Below are positions 17,322 to 24,500 of a stretch of DNA of 27,374 nt, one piece after another. The translations under genes were made by a program, and so were the position numbers. This stretch comes from a virus (lineage: Duplodnaviria; Caudoviricetes). Numbering within the stretch: the stretch's first letter is position 1; each line of letters begins with the position of its first letter. The notes under the pieces are model-generated. The model was given only the letters and a program-made list of their open reading frames with translations. It did no database searches and had not been told where the DNA came from. The stretch covers positions 1-27,374 of the IMG/VR virus record IMGVR_UViG_3300017913_001636; one strand, given 5' to 3'.

Positions 17322-17902
17322 AATGTGTTGGCTTTCAATCCTAAATGCGTTACTTTTATATCTGCATCAACAAATACCTGTATTCCATGATGCATTGCTT
17401 GGTTACAAAAATATATATCTTCTCCACTATAGTTATCTAATATTTTGTTATATTCATGAGCAAACCAAGGCTTTGGTAATCTTTTGTAAACATCTGCATC
17501 AACAAGCATACAACCCATACCTACTGCCCAAACTTCATGTAATCCGCTAGACGCATCTAATCTAGCTTCCATGTTGTCTGGATCTGTAAATGCAACAGTT
17601 CTATAAGGTTTATATCTAGTGCTGTATTGAGCAGCAACAATTTCCTTGTTATGAGAATACAGTTTATCTATTATTGTAGACGGGAATGCCATATCACTGT
17701 CTAACCACAGGATATGTGTAGCACCTGCCTCAAGTGCTTGTTTAGTTAAACTTGTTCTTAAGTTAGCAATAACACTGCCGCACACAAAATGCACATCAAA
17801 ATCTATGTTTTTTTGTGTAAGTCTATTTGTTAGATTACACAAAGATTGTGCAAAAAGTGTGTGAACAGTGTCTCTAGCAGGAACACAAATTCCTAGTTTC
17901 AT
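17318..17902 (-). CDS. Glycosyltransferase, GT-A fold (GT2-like)
   Basis: N-terminal ICVP strand, HILWLDSD (DxD at 17693-17701), GMGCMLV and GEDIYFC catalytic-base motif. ATGA overlap with the next gene. Confidence 0.85.
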   Translation of the reverse strand: MKLGICVPARDTVHTLFAQSLCNLTNRLTQKNIDFDVHFVCGSVIANLRTSLTKQALEAGATHILWLDSDMAFPSTIIDKLYSHNKEIVAAQYSTRYKPYRTVAFTDPDNMEARLDASSGLHEVWAVGMGCMLVDADVYKRLPKPWFAHEYNKILDNYSGEDIYFCNQAMHHGIQVFVDADIKVTHLGLKANTL

Positions 17903-18279
17903 TACAATACTGTGTTTGGAATTGTTTCTTCGTTTAGTTCTTTTTCAGCTTCGATTGTTGCTGTGTTTAGCTTACGAGCACGACCTGTTGCAACTTTTAC
18001 TGCGTGAGCAAAGTCTTCATCTGACAAGCCTGCCATCAACAACATATTCTCAGGTTGCACTTTACCAATGGTTAGCAAATCAACGCCTGCTAATACACCA
18101 ATTTTTTGCACCCAATGAAATCTGTCATCGTCGTCTGGAATATCCATGTCTTGAATTTGTGCTAAAACTTCTGCTTCTAGCACTTGATCCAGCCCTAATT
18201 CCAATACCGCTGCTTCTTTTCTTGCTTTGGTAAATTCATGGGCTAAATCAATATTAATTACTTCATATGCTGTTTTCAT
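17902..18279 (-). CDS. Hypothetical protein
   Basis: 125 aa, acidic and helical. SD AGGAG and TAATG overlap with the GT gene. Confidence 0.8.
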   Translation of the reverse strand: MKTAYEVINIDLAHEFTKARKEAAVLELGLDQVLEAEVLAQIQDMDIPDDDDRFHWVQKIGVLAGVDLLTIGKVQPENMLLMAGLSDEDFAHAVKVATGRARKLNTATIEAEKELNEETIPNTVL

Positions 18280-18287
18280 ATTATCTC

Positions 18288-18461
18288 CTATCCGGCTGGG
18301 AAGTAGTAACCACCAAAAGATGCGCTTAAACTAACTGTGTTACCAGCAGTGATACTTATGTATGCTCCAAGTCCACTCATTGTTATTGGGGTGCTCGAAC
18401 CACCAAAGTAGTTGCGAACTTGACTCATTGTAATTGTATCACCTGTTGCTGGTAACGCCAT
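18288..18461 (-). CDS. 57-aa Ser/Thr/Gly-rich small protein, possibly fibre-tip associated
   Basis: Not in the ORF track. MALPATGDTITMSQVRNYFGGSSTPITMSGLGAYISITAGNTVSLSASFGGYYFPAG*, with SD AGGA. It fills the gap, and its TAG stop overlaps the SD of the next gene. Confidence 0.82.
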   Translation of the reverse strand: MALPATGDTITMSQVRNYFGGSSTPITMSGLGAYISITAGNTVSLSASFGGYYFPAG

Positions 18462-18481
18462 CTTTTATCCTATTTCTCACA

Positions 18482-18510
18482 ATACTAGCATATTAAGCCG
18501 CAATTGTCAA
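18482..18510 (-). promoter_or_regulatory. Sigma70-type promoter for the peptide/GT operon
   Basis: TTGACA (18510-18505), 17-nt spacer ending TGC, TAGTAT (18487-18482), i.e. an extended -10. Confidence 0.65.
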
Positions 18511-21500
18511 TTATTTATCTAGTAATTTTTTCACCATCTCTTTTAATTCATCAATTTCGCTTTGTTGCTCTTTGATTGCTTCAATCAACAGTGGAACCAT
18601 TTTTTCATACTTAACAGTTAAATAATCTTCACCGCTAATGCTGTGACGTTCCATTTCGCCTGTATCGTCGTTTACTTCATAACGTGTATCAAATGGAGCA
18701 TATGCAACTGCTTGAGGAAGAACAGCTTGAACTTCTTGCGCAATAACACCAGCATCGTTGGTTCTGTTTTCAGGTTCAAATCCTAGATCATCTATTTCAT
18801 CTTTCCAATCAAAATACAAACCATTCAGTGATTTGACTTTGTCGATTGCACTTTCAATTGGTCTAAAGTTCTCTTTTAGACGTTCATCGGATGAGTAAGC
18901 TGTAACTTCGCCTGTTGCTGTAAAGTTGCCTGCAACTGCAACACTGCCTGTGCTTATTGTCATTTTGGTTGTTAGGGTAACTGCTGTTCCGCTAGTAGTG
19001 CTGTTGCCAACTTCAAAGATTAAGTTTGCAGTATTATTGTCAACAGTTGATTCTATTCTTGCACTAGAACCGTTAGTGTCAGGCGTTCCTTCATCATGGT
19101 TGAAAGCAAGGTTAGCATTACCATAACCATCATTGGTTGTCATTGCAACACTACCTGTTCCTCTACCTGCTTCAATTTTAGTGCCGCTGGTAGAAATTCT
19201 ACCACTTGCACTATCGTTGTTAGCATTTGCTCTCAAGAACGCTGTGCTGTCTAAACCATCCAAAGTATTTGCATCATCAGCTGTAATACCTGTCAATCCA
19301 CTACCATCACCGCTAATATTTGTTGCACTTACATTACCTGTGATACTGATACTACCTGTGCCGCTTAATGTGCCTGTGAAGCTGTCATTTGCATCACTGC
19401 GTAGGAAACTACCCGAACTAATACCATCAAGTGTATCAGCAGCTAGTCCGCTACCTGCACCGTCGTTACCTGCATGCCAAACTGTATATTCAGTGTTGTT
19501 GACAACAAATTTCAAACCAGTTGTCCCTGATCCAATATCCAAACGTTCGTTGTTTTGATCACTTGCAATACGCATTTTAGCGCCACTGTCAACAAATTGT
19601 ATATAACCTCTACGTGTATCACCTTGATAGAAACCAATGTAAGGACTACCTGTTGCACTAGTGTCTTTCAAAGATAACATTTCTCCGCTGCGACTGATTG
19701 TTATTAAGCCTGTTGCGGTATCGTTTGCATCACTGCGTAAGAAACTTGTGCTGTCTACACCATCTACTGTTGTAGCGTCAACATTTGTTAGTCCACTACC
19801 GTTACCAGTAAATGTGCTTGTTCCAATATTGATGTTGCCAAAGTTAGAAGTAATACTACCTGCATCAAGTGCACCTGTGCCAGTAAGGTTACTGTAAGTG
19901 CCGCTTATTCTTGCGTTTGCAACTGTTCCGCTACTGATATTGCTTGCATTGATACTGGTAATACCACTACCTGTGCCGTGGAATGATCCTGCATAAAGTG
20001 CTCCAGCAACACCCAAACCGCCGCCAACTCTAACAGCACCAGTGGTTGTGCTTGTTGCAGCACTGGTGTTGCTAAATGTTTTAACACCTGCCATTGTTTG
20101 GTTGCCGCCAAGTCTTGCGCCAGCTACTGTGCCACTGCTTAGATTGCTTGCATTTAATGTTGTTAAACCACTACCATTACCAGTAAATGTGCTGGTTCCA
20201 ATGTTTATATTGCCAAAACCAGTATTAATACTACCGCTATTCAATACGCCAGTTCCAGTGATACTTCCTTGGTGTTGTGTAATACTTGTAGCTGCAATAC
20301 GTGCATCTGGAACAGTTCCGCTGTCAAGTTCACTAGCATTCAATGTATTCAAGCCACTACCATTACCAGTAAATATGCTCGATCCAATGTTTATATTGCC
20401 AAAACCAGTGTTGATACTACCACTGTTTAATATACCAGTTCCGGTAATATCGCCTTGGTGCTGTGTAATACTGCTCGATGCAATACGTGCATCAGCTATT
20501 GTGCCACTTGTAATATTTCCTGCGTCTACATCGCCTATAAATGCATCTGCTCTAATATCTTTCTGCACCCACAAACCACCTGTGATTTTTACTGCTGCCG
20601 CTGCTGCTGCCCAGTTTGCTCCAGTTGCGTTTGTATCATCTGTAAATGTTACAAAATCATTTGCAGTCAATGTGGTAAATGCACCTGTGTCGGGTGTAAC
20701 ATTACCAATCGGTGTATCATTGATTTGACTGACAAACAAATCGCCATCTATATACATGTCATTGTTTGTTCTCAAATCAAGTCTTACAATTACCTCACCT
20801 GTTGCACTTGCAAGATCAGCTGCTGCTTTTGTATCACCTATTGTAATTTCAGTAGCAGCTTGTGCAAATGCCAATGTAGTAACGTTGTCTTTCAACAGAT
20901 TGAACGTGCCTGTTTCATCTGTATCAATTGTGTTACCGTTTACATTTAGGTCACCTGCAAGTGTTACAGTTGCATTGCTGATACCAAAATCGCCTGACGC
21001 TGCACCTAAGTTTATGTCTGTAGCTGCGCCAAACGCATTTATTGTTGTTGCATTAGCATTTAACAAATTAAATGTAGCTGTGTTTGTTGTAATATCGCCG
21101 CCGTCAACATTTAGGTCAAGATCAACATCTAAGTTGTTGTTGATGCTTGTTGTTCCTGTTGCTGCACCTATATCAATAGCAGTAGCAACACCGCCAAAGT
21201 TGATTGTTGTTGCTGTTGTGTCTAGCAATCCCATTGTAGCACTACCAGCAACTATGCTTGTAGTAAATGTAGGACTTGTGCCAAACACAAGTGCACCGGC
21301 GCCAGTTTCGTCACTGATTATGCCTCTAAGTTGTGCACTTGTTGTTGCAGCAAATTGGTTAAGTCCGTTGCCTGTAATTGCTAAAGTGCCACTTGTAGGC
21401 AATGTAACATTGGTATTACCTGACGTTGTAAGTGTCAGTGTGTGAGCACCACTGTGTGTAAAGTTGCCACCTAGTGTTATTGTTTTTGTTCCATTGTTAA

Positions 21501-24500
21501 CACCTGTGCCACCGTATGTTGGTCCAATTACACTACCGTTCCATGTTCCTGTAGCAATAGTGCCCACACTTGTCAAACTACTGTTAACAACTGCACTACC
21601 TAGTGTAGTAGAACTTAAAACACTTGCATCGTTGATAAAATATGCTTTACCACTTGCTAGGTTAAAGTCTTGATTAGAATCCCAACTTGTGTTTGTGTTA
21701 TCATACAACAATGATGCACTTGCACCATCAACAATAAGTCCAGCACCATCTGCTGCTGCACCATCAGCTGCACCACTTGCCACTGTAATTGTGATATCAT
21801 CTACAGTTAGTTCACTGCTGTTCAGTGTTGTAGTGTCACCATTTACAGTTAAGTCTCCAGTAACAACTAGATCATGTCCTATAGTTGTGGTGCCGCCGCC
21901 GTCGCCACCTGTGCCTATGTTGACTGTTGTTGCTGCACCACCTATATTCAATGTTGTTGCATTTGTGTTTATAAGATTAAATGTGCCTGTTTCATTTGTT
22001 GTAATATCAGAACCATCTACATTTAAATCTAAGTCAATGTCAACATTGTTGTGTATTGTAGTTGTGCCAGTCGCTGCGCCAATTTCTATCGTAGTTGCTT
22101 CGCCACCAAAGTTAATTGTTGTCGCTGTATCATCTAACAATCCTACTGTAGTTTCAGTTGTGCTAATGTCTCCAGATAACGCAACTTCACCTGTGAAAGT
22201 AACTTTACCACTGGTATCAATTCTCATACGCTCTGTTTGTGTATGTTCAATGTCGCCTGTAGTTGAAACTTCGCCTGTGTTGAAAACAATATCGCCACCT
22301 GTTGCATTACCTGTTCCTGCGCCAGCTTGTATTGTCATACTGCCGCCTGCAACGTCAGTGCCGTAACCGCTTGAGCCCGAAATCACAGCATCTGTTGGTG
22401 TGCTATTGTGTTCGCCATCACCAACAATCATCTTGGTATTGTGTATTACCAACGCATTATCAATTGAAATAGTTCCTGCGACAGCATCTGCAGGATCAGC
22501 AGTAACGTTTGCGTCTGTTCTGATTGTGAACGATGTAGCATTGAATGTAGCACCAACAACTGGCCAATTGCCATCTAAGTTGCTAATTGTGCTGCTGGCA
22601 ATATTAATTGTATCACCTACTTTGATACCTAATGTCTGTGGAGTATAAGTAAATGTCAAGTTTGTTGAACTAGGAATAGTTCCTGTTGTATCGTTACTTA
22701 GGTATATAAATTCATCAGTAACACCACTGACTGTCGTGTTTGACGGAATACTGGCGCTACCAGTTACAATCATACCAGCTAAAACATTTGCTGTAGAACT
22801 CAATGAAATTTCAGTTTCTCCGTTACCAGTCACAGCATTAGTGGTTCTAGTTACGTCTGCAAAATTTACAGCCACATCCTGTGTTATTGTGCCTTCATAA
22901 CTTTCTACAAAAGTAAGCAAGTTTCTTGTAGAAGTAGCACTACCAATTTTTATATTTGTTGCATCTCTGCCTATTTCTAAACTTGTAACATTTTCATTAT
23001 AAACTTGACCTGAGCCAGTGCTTGAAGAAGTAAGTTTTGCACTACCAACGTCTAGGCCCTCTGAAAGGTCAAGTGCTGTGCCCCATTCAGGAACTGTGCC
23101 ATTTGATTTCAAGAAAGCATTGTTTCTACCGATGTTTAAGGTATTTAAACTACCTGTTGATTGTGCATAAAGTAAATCACCTACAGCATACGTGGTAATG
23201 TTTGTTCCGCCTCTAGTAACCGGAACAGCAGTAGACAAGTTAGCAGGGTTGAGGAAGTATGCACTGTCTAAACTGTCCAATGTTCCTGCATCAACAACAC
23301 CATCTTTAATAAACACTTCGCCACTTGCATCAGTGTTAACATCAAATTGAGTTTGTAAGAAACGTGCTACACCTAGTGTAGAAAACGGTGTTCCGTTTGA
23401 AAAGTCAACATTTGAAATACCAATATTAACAGGATCACCGTAGAATTCATCGTTACTACTACTACCTGTTAGTGTAATTGGGTTGTCTGTTGTGTTTAGT
23501 TTCTTAATACTTTGAACAACAGTTTTATATGAACTGTCGCCAAATAGTGCGCTGTCGCTGTTTGCAATACCACTTGCAGCAAGACGTGAAGGTGATATTG
23601 TGCCTGAAATAATATTACTTGCATCAATGTTGGTAACAGCAAGTGTATTCCAGTTTGCTTTCAGTCTACTAGAAGTGTTAACAACTGCATTAACCTGCAC
23701 GTTGTTTCTAATAATTTTTGCGCCGCCGACACCTCTATCGTCTAAGTCTTTTGCGTTTGTTACAAGATCGTTTATACTTGCAAGTGCATCAGAACGTAAA
23801 TCGTGTATTGTAAACGAGTTAGTTGTTACAGAACCTACAAAGAATCTAGAACCTTCGTTGATTTCTGTTCCTGCTACATCTGGTAAAGCATTTGTAGATG
23901 ATCCATCTTCTGCTGCTTCCATTCTAATCGCATCACCAGTTGTAAGTCCATGTCCTTCTACAATAAAACTGTTATCAATTAAGTTTACAGTAGAACGTTT
24001 TAAGTTATGGTTGTTGTTAGCAGGAGTGCTTGTAAATTCAACTTGGTTGAGTAATGCAAAACCACTATACAATTCTATAGTGCTTGTGTCAATTACTTTA
24101 GCATAATAAACACGACCGTTTAACAATCCACCAATTGCAACATTACCTAATGTATCGTATGTAACAGGATCACCTGTTGCCAATCCGTGATTTGCAATTG
24201 TAATTTGATCGTCAGTGTAGTCAACTGCACCGCCAGAACCTGTTGTGCCTGCTAGGAAGTTAAGACTGATTTCGTTGTCAAGACCAATATCAATTGCTCC
24301 TTGAACTGCTGTATTGTCTTCAACAAAGTCAATACTCGAACTACTTGCAACAAAAAGTTCTCCACCTAAAATATCTACATAAGCACGTTTTTCAATACTT
24401 GTTATTTCAATACTGAAACCTGAACCTGTGCCTCCTACATCTGAAGCAGCAACACCCAATGTATCACCAACTTCATAACCACTACCGCCAGTTTTTATAT

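Noticed and set aside
18511-22145. Diversity-generating retroelement or invertible cassette at the fibre
   Set aside because: All repeats are in-frame, direct and coding, with differences not restricted to adenines. No reverse transcriptase or invertase is in the window.
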